64,000 nt of DNA from NCBI RefSeq assembly GCF_963921235.1, contig NC_086108.1:85872001-85936000 (forward strand). Direction: 5' to 3'. The position numbers and the translations under genes were made by a program. Shown here one piece after another: positions 9,985-22,859 of this stretch. The first letter of the stretch is position 1. Each line of letters begins with the position of its first letter. Below the pieces are notes generated by a model. The model saw only the letters and a list, made by a program, of their open reading frames with translations. It was not told the origin of the DNA and made no database searches. Source of the DNA: Mobula hypostoma (lineage: Eukaryota).

Positions 9985-12810
9985 GAGTGGTCATCATTCG
10001 AGTGGTCTGAGTCAGAGTGGTAAGGCTTTGCCTCAATGGGGCTTTGGCGAGAACAGGCAGGGGTGAGGTAAGTAGGCAAGTTCATTCCTTATTTCTTATT
10101 TCTGCTTTCTTATTTAACTCTTGAGAGAATAGGGAGTTTGTCTACAGAAGCAGTGTTCTGTTCTAGGTGTCAGATATGGAAATTACAGGAGACTACCAGC
10201 CTCCACAATGGCCACATCTGCACCAGGCGCATTGAGATGTAGTTCTGCAGAGACCATGTTTAAGAACTGGAGCTGCAGCTCGATGATCTCCAGCTTGTTA
10301 GGGAAAGTGAAGAGGTAATAGACGGGAACTACAGGGAGGGAATCACCCCAAGGCTACAGAAGACAGGTACTGTAATTGGGTGACTGTCTGGAATGGGAAG
10401 GGAGAACGTCAGATAGTGGAGAGCACTCCTGTGGCCATCCCCTTCATAAACACACCATTTTGAGTACTTTTGGTGAGGGTGGGGTAGAACCTGCCTGGGG
10501 GAAGAAACAGTGGCTGTGCCTCTGTCTCTGAGTCTGGTCCTGTGGCTCAGAATGATAGGGAATTGAAGAGGATAGAAGCAGTAATAGGTGACTCTATAGT
10601 TAGGGGGACAGATAGGCAATTCTCTGGATGAGAAAAAGAAACATGGGTGGTAGTTTGCCTCTCAGGTGCCAGGGTCCTCAAAGTTTCTGAATGTGTCCAC
10701 AATATCCTGAAAATGGAGGGTAAGTAGCCAGAAGTTGTGGTACATATTGGTACCCATGACATAGGTAGAAAAGGGGAGGAGGTCCTGAAAAAAATACAGG
10801 CAGTTAGGAAGGAAGCTGAGAATCAGGATCGCAAGGGTAGTAATCTCGGGATTGCTGCCGGTGCCACACGACAGTGAGGATAGGAATAGAATGAGGTGAC
10901 AGATAAATGCGTGGCTGAAGAATTGGAGCAGGGGGCAGGGATTCAGATTTCTGGATAATTGGGATCTCTTCTGGGGCAGGTGGGACCTGTGCAAAAAGGG
11001 ATGTGTTGCACTTGAATCCGAGGGGGACCAAAATTCTTGTGGACAAGTTTACTAGAGCTGTTGGGAATGGTTTAAACTAATATGGCAGTGGGATGGGAAC
11101 TAGTATGGTAGATCTGAGGATGAGCTAGCAGGCTTACAAGTAGTTGATGAAACCTGTAATATAAATGTAAGGAAGGACAAGCCAATGACTGGGTACAAAT
11201 GCAGACAGAGCAAAGAGTTAAATTGTACCACAGAGGAAAAATTCAAAAGGGCAAGGAATACAGGAGTGAAGGTGCTGTATTTAAATGAGCATAGCATTCA
11301 GAATAAGGCTGACAAACTTGTGGTGCGATTAGAGATTGGTCAGTAAGACATTGTGGGCATCATTGAGTCATGGCTGAAAGAAGGCCATGGGTGAGAGCTG
11401 TACCTCGAAGAATATACTTTGTATCAAAAAGGCAGGCAGGAAATCATAGGCAGTGGTGTGGCTCTCTTGGTAAGAGATGGGATTACATCTTTAGATAGAG
11501 GTGACATGGGGTCAGAGAATGATGAGTCTTTGTGGGTGGAGTTAAGAACCTGCACTGGTAACAAAACAATTATAGGAATCATATATAAGCCTCCAAATAG
11601 TAGGCAAGATGTGGGGTTGAGATTGCAAAGGGAGTTGGAAAGGGCATGTAATAAGGGCAATGACAGAATTGTAATGGGGGACTTCAATATGCAAGGGAAT
11701 TGGGAAAATCAGGTTGGTGTTGGATTACAAGAGAGAGAATTTGTTGAATGCCTATGAGATGGCTTTCTAGAGCAGCTTATGCTTAAGCCTATTTGGGGAA
11801 AGGCAGTCTTAGTTTGAGTGTTGTGTAATAACCCAGATCTTATTAGGAAGCTTAATGTAAAAGAGCCCTTAGAAGGCAGTGATCATAATATGATTGAATT
11901 CATCCTGCAGTTTGGGAAGTTGGATGATTGGGAAGCTTTTAAAATCCACAAAAGGCAACAACAATCCACAACAAAGGTGTAAGAAGGGAAAAGATGAAGT
12001 ATGAGGGCAGAGTAGCCAATAACATAAAGCAGGATACTAATTTTTTTTTCAGTTATATAAAGAGTAAAAAGGTGACAGTTAATATTGGACCACTGGAAAA
12101 TGATGCTGGTGAGATAGTAATGAGAAATAAAGAAATGGAAGATGAACTTTGCATCAGTCTTCAATGTGGAAGACACTAGCAGTGTGCCAGAGGTCTGTGC
12201 AGGTCAGGGAGCAGGAGCGCCATCGCAATGGAAAAAGTTCTAGACAAGCTGAAGGGTCTCGAGGTGGATAAGTCATCTGGGCCATATGGACTACATCCCA
12301 GAGTCCTGAGAGAGGTTGCTGATGAGATAATGAATGCATTGTTCATGATCTTTCAAGAATCACTTGAATCTGGCATACACCCGGAGGACTAGAAGATCGC
12401 CAGTGTCACTCTATTCTTTAAGAAGGGAGGAACGCAAAAGAAAGGAAATCATAGGCCAGTTAGCCTAACCTCAGTGGTTGGGAAAGTGTTGGAGTCTATT
12501 ATTAAGGATGAGATTTTGGGGTACTTGGAGACTAATGATAAAATAAGCCTAAGTCAGCATGGTTTCTGTAAAGGGAAATCTTGCCTGACAAAACTGTTAG
12601 GGTTCTTCGAGGAAGTAACGAGCAGGATGGACAAAAGAGAGGCAGTGGATATCATTTACTTGTTTTTTTCAGGTCTTTGACAAGGTGCCACATATGAGCA
12701 TACTTAACAAGATAAAATCCTATGGCGTAACAGGAAAGATTCTGGCATGGATAGAGGAATGGCTAACAGGCAGGAGGCAGTAAGAGTTTGACTGCCAGTG
12801 ACTAGTGTGC
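9985..12810 (+). mobile_element. CR1 LINE: 5' UTR, ORF1 (CX2C zinc motif + SGNH esterase) and partial ORF2; decayed with internal deletions
   Basis: ORF1 CSRCQIW...HICTR, VIGDSIVRG, VHIGTHD, ending GNGLN*; ORF2 GIIYKPPN, MGDFN, SQHGFCKGKSCLT. Confidence 0.92.
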
Positions 12811-13259
12811 CTGAGACTTTTGCAGAACACTGTATTTGTCAACAGAGAATGGAGAGTGAGTTTATAAATCTGGTGGGAGCAAAGGATGTTGGGATTCATA
12901 CACCTTAAAACAAAAAATATTCTTTTTGAAATACTGAACTAATAGATCTGCTTAATTATTTATCATATTTCACTCCTTTATTTTAGCCACTGTACAAAAG
13001 TAAAATGATAAACTGCTGCTTTACACCTATTAAACTTTCCATTAATGTTCACAGTTCTCTACTTTGGCAGTTCCCAATCTGAATAAGTCATTAAACCAAG
13101 TAACAGTAAAGGCAGAAGGTGAATGAATGGGCAATTGTACCAGTGTTTGGGCCTGCAACAGAAACATCAGAGAGAGAAGTCTCACAGGGTGTCAGTTACT
13201 ATTTCAGGCTTGACATGGTGAGAAGAGGCCTCAGTAAAAGTTGACAAAATCATTGTCAA

Positions 13260-13992
13260 AATGAGAAGGTTGACCAACTTGGGTTGTGCTATCTGAGACT
13301 GAGGGAAGGTCTGTAGAAGTAGATAAGTTTAGTAGAGGCATAGATGGATGTACAGCCAGTACCTTTTTACCATATTTGCATTGTTCAATACCAGAGGACA
13401 TGCATTTAAAGTGAAAGGGAGTAAAATTCAAAGCAGATGTGTAGGACAAGTTCTTTTTTTACACAGAGATTGATAGGTGTCTGGAATGCATGCCTGGAAT
13501 GGTGATGGAGGCAGATACTACGGTGGCATTCTGTTGGGGCTTGGTTAGGCACAGGAATGTGGCGAAAATGAAAGGATATGCTCAGTGTGAAGGCTGAAGG
13601 GATTTGTAAGTTGGACATTTGATTGCTAATTTAATTATTTCAGCAGAACATTGTGACTCGAGGGGCCTGTTCCTATTTTATGACTTTTCTATGTTCCTAA
13701 AAGAAGTATTTTAGTAATACAGCTGAGGAGAAACGTGGATTTAGACAGCATTAACCGCTGACAGCATAAATGGCTAATATGAGAGAGCATAACTCTAAGA
13801 CAATTGAAGGAAAGTATAAGGAGGATATTAGAGGTAAGATTGTAGATAGAAACATGGGTGAAAGAAAAATGGAGAACTATGTTTGAGGAAAGCATTAGAC
13901 TGATCTTAGAGTAGGATAAAAGGTTGGCACAACATCGTGTGCCTAAAGACCGGTAATATGTTGTAGTGTTCTGTGATTCTATGATTCTATGA
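13260..13992 (+). mobile_element. Two adjacent decayed CR1 3' ends
   Basis: FFTQRLIGVWNACL-like motif; two CR1-type 3' UTRs, the second ending (GATTCTAT)n. Confidence 0.75.
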
Positions 13993-14324
13993 AACCAATG
14001 CCAAATTAAATATTATAAAAACAAAAAAGTACCAGGAATGCTCTTTAATTGGTACTTTCCAACAAAATAATGTGTATACTGTAATTCATCCTTCAAGAAG
14101 AATAAGAAAGGCAACATTTATTGAAGGTGATCCTTCAAGTCCACAAGGAATGGCAAAAAGGTAGTTAGCCACTTGAAATTGCAGGTAGGATTCTTTCATA
14201 ACACTAAATCCACCCCTAAAACAGCAAAGAGCATGACAGTTTTAAGATACATTCTCCAGTGTGTAATGGAGTGGAATGTTAGCATTGAGCTTGGTAGATC
14301 ACAAAGGTTCTTTAAAAGCCAGTG

Positions 14325-15472
14325 GAAGGCTAGAATCAGCTCCTGCCTAAGCAATGACCTGGACCCACTGCCTGACGGCATAATAGGTCTACAGTGGATG
14401 CAAATTCACTGGCTCTCCGCTCGCCCTTGGATTACCTGGACAATAGAAATACATATATTAGGCTGCTATTTACTGACTACAGCTCTGTGTCCCAACACAA
14501 TCATACTCTTAGTTCTAATCAAAAAGTTCCAAAACCTGGGCCTCTGTTCCTCCCTCTGCAAATGGATCTTTGACTTCATCACCAGGAAACCCCAGTGTGC
14601 GCGGATCAGAAATAGCATCTCCTTCTCGCTGGCAATCAGCACTGGCAGAATTTCAGATGGTGACAACGAGGCATAAAGGAGTGAGACAGATCAGCTGGTT
14701 GAGTTGTGTTGCAGAAACAACCTTGCACTCAACCTCAGAAAGACTAAGGAATTGATTGTGGACTTCGGGAAAGGGAGACTGAGGGAAACCACACCAGTCC
14801 TCATTGAGGGATCAGAAGTTGAAAGGTTGGGGTGTTTCAAGTTGCAAGGTGTCAACATCTCTGAGGATCAATCCTGGGCCCAGACTATTGACACAGTTAC
14901 AAAGAAGGCACAACAGTGGCTATACTTCATTAAAAGTTTGGAGAGAATTGGCATGTCACCAAAGTCGCTAGCAAATTTGGACAGATGTACCGTGGAGGGC
15001 ATTCTAACTGGTTGCATCACCACATGGTGTGGAGGGGCCACTGCTCCGGATCGGAAATAGCTGGAGAAAGTTGTAAACTCTGCTAGCTCTATCATGAGCA
15101 CCAGCCTTCCCAGCATCCGGGACGCCTTCTAAAGGCAACACCTCAAAAAGGCGGCATCCATCACTAAGGATCCTCCAACATCCCCATAACGCCCTCCTCT
15201 CCTTACTACCATCAAGGACGTGGCACAGGAGCTGAAAACACACACTCAACATTTCCAGAGCAGCTTCTTCCCCTCTGCTATCAGATTGCTGAATGGGAAA
15301 TGAATCCATGAACAATCTCTCAGTAATTTTTTAATCTCTTTTTGTACTACTTATTTATTTCATATATATATTTCTTATTGTAATTTATAGTTTCTACTAT
15401 TACGCATTGCTGCCACGAAACAACAAATTTCGTGGCATATGCTGGTGATATTAAACTTGATTCTGATTCTGA
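14325..15472 (+). mobile_element. Rex1/Babar LINE 3' fragment
   Basis: NNLALNLRKTKELIVDF, CTVEGILTGCITTW; (GATTCT)n tail. Confidence 0.92.
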
Positions 15473-16677
15473 AGGATACAATGTATGCAGAAGACAGCAG
15501 CAGAAATTAAAAGACTGACAATTTCAGGGTAGTCATGTTTGAATTACTGCTTTCAGGTTTGTTCAGTGCAGAACTAAGAAGATATACACTTGTATTATAT
15601 ATCTTGTGTGTAGTAAGACCAACCCTAAAAATTAATTAAAGTGAGCCATATGATAGAGCAAAAAACCTTCAACTTCAGAGTCTAGAAAGCAGACAGATAA
15701 GCAGAATCTTATCAAAGTAGATGAGATAGTACAGATAACAGAAATTCAGATTATTACTTCAAAGTATGCTAAGAAACGAAACCAGGTATATAAATAATGA
15801 TTTATCAGTAGGAAATATACAAGAGTCAGGAAGAAATTCTCTATTCAGGAGCTGATAACAGTTTGGAATAATTTACATATCAAAGTATTACAGATAAAGC
15901 TATTCTAAACACAGAAGAATGAAAAAAGCAATCATTTTACAGGCATGAGGCAGTCACCTAAGGTACGTTACCATGGAGGTGTGCCAGGCTGCCTTACAGA
16001 TGTCAACCAGAGTTGTTTTTAAAGTCTTGTAATTAAATTAGGAGTTACACAGTTTTTGGGTTATCTGCCTGCCCAGTATTTGACTCACCACATGATAAAC
16101 TCATCCAGCCAATTACAATGCTAACCTTCAGCAAGGGCCCCAAAGGAGCACTATTTAGAAGATGATCAATCTGTTCTACATTTGTTGGTTCATCCTTCTC
16201 TGCACCTTTCTCCATTATACAATTGACTCTTCCTTTGTGAGACAGGTTTTTGCATGTATCAGGTGCTTGAAAAGGGGAAGAAGCAAGGGAACAAGGAGAT
16301 CAAGAAGCAATAGTTAGCAGCAGAGAGGTGTATTGACTGCAGTAGTCAGGCCACACCCAGAGGGAGCTCTCATCCTGGTTTGGCTTCAACCACAGTCATG
16401 TGGGAGGTGCCCACTTTCAGTGAGGTAGATGCTACCAGTGCTCTGTTACGACTGATGCCCAGACCAAGGCATCGTGCCAGTGCCTGCAGCTGACGAAGCT
16501 ACTGCAGCCTTTGGCATTTGTCCTGCAGAATCATTCCAGGCTGGAGCAGATGGCATCTTCTATTATATGCTGCAACAATGTAGCAGGAAGGAGTCTGTGC
16601 TTCTCTACTCAAGCAGCAGCACCTGCATTAAATTCCTCAAGGATGGGGAGTGCCCATGGATTTGACTGGGCTCCAGA

Positions 16678-17853
16678 ATATTGCAGTCTCCATACACTGC
16701 AACACACACAAAACGCTGGCGGAACTTAACGGGTCAGCATCTATGGAAATGAATAAACAATCAACATTTTGGGACGAGACTCTTCTTCAGGACTGAAAAG
16801 CCAGGGGGAGGATGCTAGAATAAAGAGGTGGGTGGAGGGGAATAAGGATAGCTAGAATGTGCTAGATGAAGCCAGGTGGGTAGGAAAGATGAAGGCTGGA
16901 GGGGAAGGAATTTGATAGGAGGGGAGAGTGGACGACAGGAGAAAGGGAAGGAAGGGGAGAAACCAGGGGAGATGATAGGCAGGTAAGAAGGGGTAAGAGG
17001 CCAGAGTGGGGAGTAGAAGGAGAGGGGAGGGGGAGGGAACTTTTTACCAGGAGAATTGATATTCATTTTATCAGGTTGGAGGCGACAGAATATAAGGTAT
17101 TGCTCCTCCACACTGAGGGTGGCCTCATCATGGGACAACAGGAGTCCATAGACCGACATGTGGGAATATGAATGGAAACTGGAATTAAAAAGTTTGGCAA
17201 TTGGGAAGTTCTGCTTTTGGTGGATGGAGCATAGGTGCTCAACAAAGCGGTCCCCCAGTTGACAATGGGTATCACCAATGTAGAGGAGGCCGACTCGGGA
17301 GCACTGGATATAACAGACAACCCCAGCAGATTTGTAGGTGAAGTGTTGCCTCAGCTAGGTGGACTCTTTGGAGTCCTGAATGGAGGTGAGGGAGGAGGTG
17401 AATGGGCAGGTGTAGCACTTTGGCCACTTGCAGGGACAAATGGGGAGGGGCAAATAGACAAGGGAATCATGAAGGGAGTGATCCCTGCAGAAAACAGAGA
17501 GAGGGGGCAGAGGTAAAGATATGTTTGGTGGTAGGATCCCTTTGAAGATGCTGAAAATTGTGGAGAATAATGTGTGGGAAGTGGAGGCTGATGGGATGGT
17601 AGGCAAGGATAAGAGGAACTGTTAAGGTAACAGGAAGATGGGGAGAGCACGGATGTTCAGGAAATGGAGAAGATGCAGGTGAGGGCAGCATCAATGGTGG
17701 AGGAAGGGAAACCCCATTCTTTGAAGAAGGAGAATACCTCTGATGTCCTGGAATGGAAAGCTACCTGCTGGGAACTGATGTGGCAGAGACAAGGGAACTG
17801 AGAAAAGGGAATACCATTTTTATAGGAGGCAGGGTGGGAAGAGATATAGTCAA
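16678..17853 (-). mobile_element. Penelope-like element 3' portion (RT thumb, GIY-YIG, terminal repeat)
   Basis: LDYISSHPASYKNGIPFSQF, CKWPKCYTCPF, LYIGDT, EEQYLIF..LQPDKMNI; pyrimidine-rich UTR and hammerhead-like motif. Confidence 0.92.
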
Positions 17854-18238
17854 GCCTCCATTCTTGATGCTGTGAACTTCCTAGAGAATACAGGATAGAT
17901 GTGAAGCCCTGGAACTTCACATGGGTCCCCAGAGACAAAACAACAGCAGTCAAATCTTTCCTGGAAACATTCTGTGCTTCCATGGAAACAATCAGCTTCA
18001 TAATGAAAGCGGTGCCCTCCTTCAATTTCATAGTCTCTGTTTGATCTACATGGAATAAAATTCCTTACATGCCCCTGATGAAATCCCAGCCTAAGATGAA
18101 GCCTGGCTTGATACTGTATGCAGCCCACAGGCAAGTTCTACAGTGCATACCCTGGTGTAAGTCTCTCCACCTTCATTCATAACTGGACTTGAATTCAAAC
18201 CTATGATTTCTGCAGCAGGATTAGTCCAGCCTCTCCAC

Positions 18239-18478
18239 TGTCGTGTATTTAATATTTCAGTAATATTTGAGTAATGTTGTAAATATATTGCTTGATTAAG
18301 CATTCTTTGTTGTTTGTATAACTCATTATCAGTAGAAGTACATGAATGGCATATGTCACTATGACACTATATCATATGTGCGTGCCTTGCTAAAGAGAGA
18401 ACGAACTTAGGACACGCTATCCCCGCTCCATGTTTTTCTTTTGATTAGTTTTATGTTTTGGAGTTACAAAACAAAACA
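18239..18478 (+). mobile_element. Short (~240 bp) solo LTR-like element
   Basis: TG...CA ends, flanks CCAC/CCCC (4-bp TSD with one mismatch), second copy at 7527. Confidence 0.6.
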
Positions 18479-19236
18479 CCCCCCACCAGCCAGCTGACAT
18501 TCGCAGCATGCTATGCATAAGGTGCTAGAAACAGGTCCGGCAGCATCTGTGGAAAGTGGAAGAGAGTTAAGTAATCTTGCACCTTCTGGTTTTATTACAG
18601 ATTTACACCAGCAGTCATTTTGTTTCCCTGATTTTCACAATATCCTCCAACCTTTTGTTTTGCATATAATGATTCCCCAACCTGCACATGTGTGATTGTT
18701 TGAACTATTGGTTACTGGGTTGGGTTAGTGTAGATATACATTTGGAAAGATCAGTCTCTTCTTCTAACGAGGCAAGCGGTAGCTGGAGAACTCTTTTGCA
18801 GTATACTGTACAAAGCAGATGGACAAGGGATAGTGTTTAGTGTCAGTGCCACACAGCATAGAAACAGGATATTCAGTTCTCAACATCCACAGTGACCAGT
18901 GGGCACCCGTCCAGCACTTGGCCATTAGCTTTCAATGCCTAGACAATTTCAGCAAGTGACAATGCTGTCAGTGACTCTGTTTTCACCACTCTCTCAGGCA
19001 GTGTATTCTAGGTGCTCATCAATCTCCGGGTAAATAAAGATCCCCCTCAAGTTCCCTCTAAATCTCTTACCCCTTATCTTACATCTACGCCCTCTAGTTT
19101 TAATCAACTCTGATAAGGGGAGGAGAAACAGAGTCAGTTTTTTTTATCAGTGACATGCATCATGAACTTTTTTGTTTTGTGGCAGCACTACAGTGCGAGA
19201 CATAAAGAATTACTATAAGTTACAATCAGAAATATA

Positions 19237-19863
19237 CACATTATTGGCTACTTCATTAGTACACCCGTACATGTGGTCATTAATGCAAATACCCAATCAA
19301 CCAGTCACATGGCAGCAACGTAATGTATAAAAGCATGCAGCAATGGTCAAGAGGTTCAGTTATTGTTCAGGCTGAGCATCAGAATAGGGAAGAAATATGA
19401 TCTACGTGACCTTGACCGTGGGATGATAATTGGTGCCAGACAGAGTGACTTGAGTATCTCAGAAACTGCTGATCTCCTGGGATTTTCACATACAACAGAC
19501 TCTAGAGTTTACAGTGTGAAAAACAAAAAAAAAAAAATCTGTCATGGGCAGAAATGCCTTGTTATGGCACCACAGTAGCATAGTGGTTAGCGCAATGCAA
19601 ATACAGCTCGGAGCATCGGAGTTCGGAGTTAGGTGTTCAGTTCTGGCGTCCTCTGTAAGGAGTTTGTACATCCTTCCTGTGAGAGTGTGTGCGTTTCATC
19701 CTGGGGGTCCTGTTTCTTCTCACAGTCCAAAGACAGGAGGGAACAGTAACCCAGTGTTGCAACAGTGGTGTGCAGAACAGCATCTCTGAATACACAGCAC
19801 TTCAAACCTTGAAGTGGATGCGCGTGGTTCCACCCCTCTGCCTAATGAAGTGACTATTGAAAG
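19237..19863 (+). mobile_element. Internally deleted Tc1/mariner DNA transposon
   Basis: TA flanks, degenerate TIRs (GGCTACTTCATTAG / CTAATGAAGTGACT), N-terminal HTH GKKYDLRDLDRGMIIGAR..LSISETADLLGFS. Confidence 0.88.
19565..19735 (+). mobile_element. HE1/V-SINE-like SINE (3' truncated) inside Tc1
   Basis: Box A TAGCATAGTGG; V-domain-like CTGTAAGGAGTTTGTACATCCTTCCTGTG...CACAGTCCAAAGAC. Confidence 0.8.
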
Positions 19864-20939
19864 TATAAAGAATAAACAAGTAGTGTGAAAAAAGAGTGTG
19901 AAGTAGTGAGGTGGTGTTCATGGACCATTCAGAAATCTGATGGCAAAGGGAAATTGTTCCTAAAACATCAAGTTGTGTCTTCAGGCTCCTGTATCTCCTC
20001 CATGATGGTAGTAATTAGAAGGGGGCATGTCCTGGATGGTAAAGGTTGTTAATGATAGATGCCCCCTTCTTTAGGCACCACCTTTTGAAGACACCCTCGA
20101 TAGTGGCACATCGGTGCCTGTGATGGAGCTTCCTGCATCTACTCTGTAGTCTACCTTATCTATACCCCTCATGGTTTTACATGCCTCACTCATATCTCCG
20201 CTGCTCCAAGGGAAACAGGCTTAGCCACTGCAGTCTCTCCACATAATTCAAAAATCTCCATCACAGGAGTATAAACCCTCTGCTATTATATTCAATCCCA
20301 ATGTCTAATACACCATCTTAACCAAGTTATCTATTTGTGCTGACAGCTTCAAGGATCTTTCAACTGCATACCAAGATGTCTCTGTTCCTTAATATTCCCT
20401 GAATCCTGACCATTCATGGCATATGTCATAGCCCCACTAGTGTTCCTAAAAAGCATCTCTTGGCATTTATTTGGATTAAATTTCATCTGGCATTTCGCAG
20501 TCCATTTCATCAACACATCGATACCATCCTATAATCTAATATTATGCTCCGCACTGTCATCAGCTACATAAATATGCTGAATAGGAGGCAAGGATGAACT
20601 GTCAGAAACTGCAACTTGTCATGTGGCATGTATAACACGAGGCAGAATGGGAAGATGTGGAGAAGCCTACTCCAGACCACCCAACCATGGCTGAATGCCA
20701 CAGTTATGAGGCTTTCTTTGTGCTTTGCCCACCTTCCTTCAGAACTCTCAGCAGCAGGGACAGTGCCCTCCCCTCTTGCCACCAGACACCTTGTATTGTG
20801 TTTTCTCTGCCCTGACTGATGGCTGTGTATCACTGTCACCCTTCTGATGGTGTTCTGAAACACCGCCCACCAGCTGTTGCATGAAAGACGCAAGGAAGTG
20901 AGGATTGCATCAGATGATGTAGAATCGTCTAATCATCAA

Positions 20940-21480
20940 ATAATTACAGAGCAGAAAGACATTCACACTGTCAAGGTCAAGCCTGGTATCCAATGAAAAT
21001 TTTATTTGATACCAATCCCTTGCTCCTTCTGTTAGCCTTGCAAGTTATTTTTCCCTCATGTGGTGATAAATTCTCTTTGAAAGCTTTGAGTAACTCTGCT
21101 TCGATCACATTTAGCTGGCAGTCAGTTCTAAAGTATTATCCCTAACTACATGAAAGAATTTTCCTTTACATCCCCTGTACCATTTTCTCTTCACTTTAAG
21201 TTTGTGCCCCCAAGTCTTTGAACTATCTGCCAATGAGATCAGTTTATCTCAATTTATCCTATCTAAATCCATTGGGATTTTGTACATCTATATCAAATAT
21301 CCTTTCCAACCCCTTTGCTCTAAGTACTGTCACAGATTCACAAATCTAACATTGTAAATGAATCCATCTGCCTGGTGAGCATTCTAATGAATCGTCTCTG
21401 CATCCCCTCTAGGGTCCCAACATTTCAAAGTCTTATGCCTAGATGTGAACATAGTGGTGGAACCAGCTGTTTGAAAGGAT
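20940..21480 (-). mobile_element. Old CR1-like 3' fragment
   Basis: Weak similarity to the other CR1 3' ends in the window. Confidence 0.55.
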
Positions 21481-21489
21481 TCAAATTGG

Positions 21490-22085
21490 ACTGAAGATTT
21501 CAATTGGACTGAGAGGTCTGGACTATATACATATATGTTTGTCTGTTTATATTATTTTCTATATATGCCTGGTTATGGGAGGACTGGGCCTCTAAGCCCT
21601 GGTATCACCGGGGCATTGGGCATCAGGGTGGGTGTTGGGGCTAATCAAGAGAAGATCTTGGTGGGCTGGGAGGAATGGACCATGTATATAGATTGTTTCA
21701 TTGTATTTTACTGATATTCTGTATGGGTTTATTGCCATGTATATGTGAGCACTGAGTCTCAAAGCTGCAGTGTTACCTAGTGGGTATCAGGGTGGGTCGA
21801 TAGATGATATCGGTGGTCTGGGAGGTCTGAACTACATACATGCATACTCTGTGTCGTATTTTACTGATATTCTGTAGGGGTTTGGTGACGTGTATGTGGG
21901 AGGACTGGGCATCAAGCTGCGGGAGGCTGTGCATGGGGACTCTTCTATTCTATGTATGAGTTCTTGTGTGTGACTATTGGTAAAGTGTTTTAGCACCTTG
22001 ACCCCATAGTAATGCGGTCTCATTTCTGTATTCATGAGTATTTATGTATGGTTGAATGAAAAATAAACTTGAATTGCATTGAATC
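21490..22085 (+). repeat. Non-autonomous element with ~2.5 diverged tandem units (~155 bp) and (TTGAA)n tail
   Basis: Recurrent GTATTTTACTGATATTCTGTA, ATCAGGGTGGGT and GGGAGGACTGGGC; tail related to minus-strand pieces at ~3901 and ~53575. Confidence 0.6.
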
Positions 22086-22859
22086 TCCATGTTTTATACT
22101 CTCTGCCTCAACTTAAGCATCCCATGATCCCATGTTCTTGATAAGCAGTGATCTCTGTATGAGGCATAGGATGTGAGAGAGGAGTAAGGAAAGGAAATAA
22201 GTTGTGATGCACTACTTATAGGCAGGGGAAGCAAGGGAGAGAGTTGGTGTAGTGAATTATACACCAGAGGACATGAGAAGTGAACAAATATGCTAAGAAA
22301 ACTGATATTGCAAGAGATATTGTTAGAAGCTAAGCTTTTGGCCTAGGGTTCCTTCGTGATTTTTCCCACTTCTGGTAAAGGGAAAATATTCCTTTACTGC
22401 ACGGAAACAGAAGCCCCTGTTCTGAGCCATTGCTCACCACATAACTTCCAACACTGTTACAGCCTCCCTATTCCTTCATATATAATTGCAAGTTGGGTTG
22501 TCAAGTAAAGAAATAAATTTCAGTGTTGCTGTTAGAATAGTTTCCTTATCAGAAAATTGTTGGTCTAGATGACTGACAGACAAGCTGATTGAAAATCACA
22601 TCGGGGAATTCCTGTGAATATTAGAGTATATTCATCAAAGGACTAATTAAGGTCAAGCTCTTTCAATTGAGATGTCAGACTCTTGCTCTCTAACTCTCCC
22701 AATATTGTATTATATTCACTTCTAATAAACTTCATGTGTATTTTTGTCGACATATGTTACTGTATTTGTTTGAATTCTAGAAATGTTCGTCACATATATT
22801 AGAACCGCTGCTATGGAAGTGGAACCTGAAAATTAACTGAAGTGCAAGTCTGAGTGAGG

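Larger units (their letters stand above)
18850..20560 (-). mobile_element. Old CR1-like 3' fragment, split by a Rex1 3' end (~19125-20130) that itself contains a Tc1 relic
   Basis: CR1-like pieces at 18850-19120 and 20140-20560; Rex1 3' UTR pieces flank 19237-19863. Confidence 0.7.

Noticed and set aside
20564..20893. Possible exon or ORF (also 16330-16680)
   Set aside because: No recognisable protein; more likely very old unclassified repeat remnants, which I could not assign
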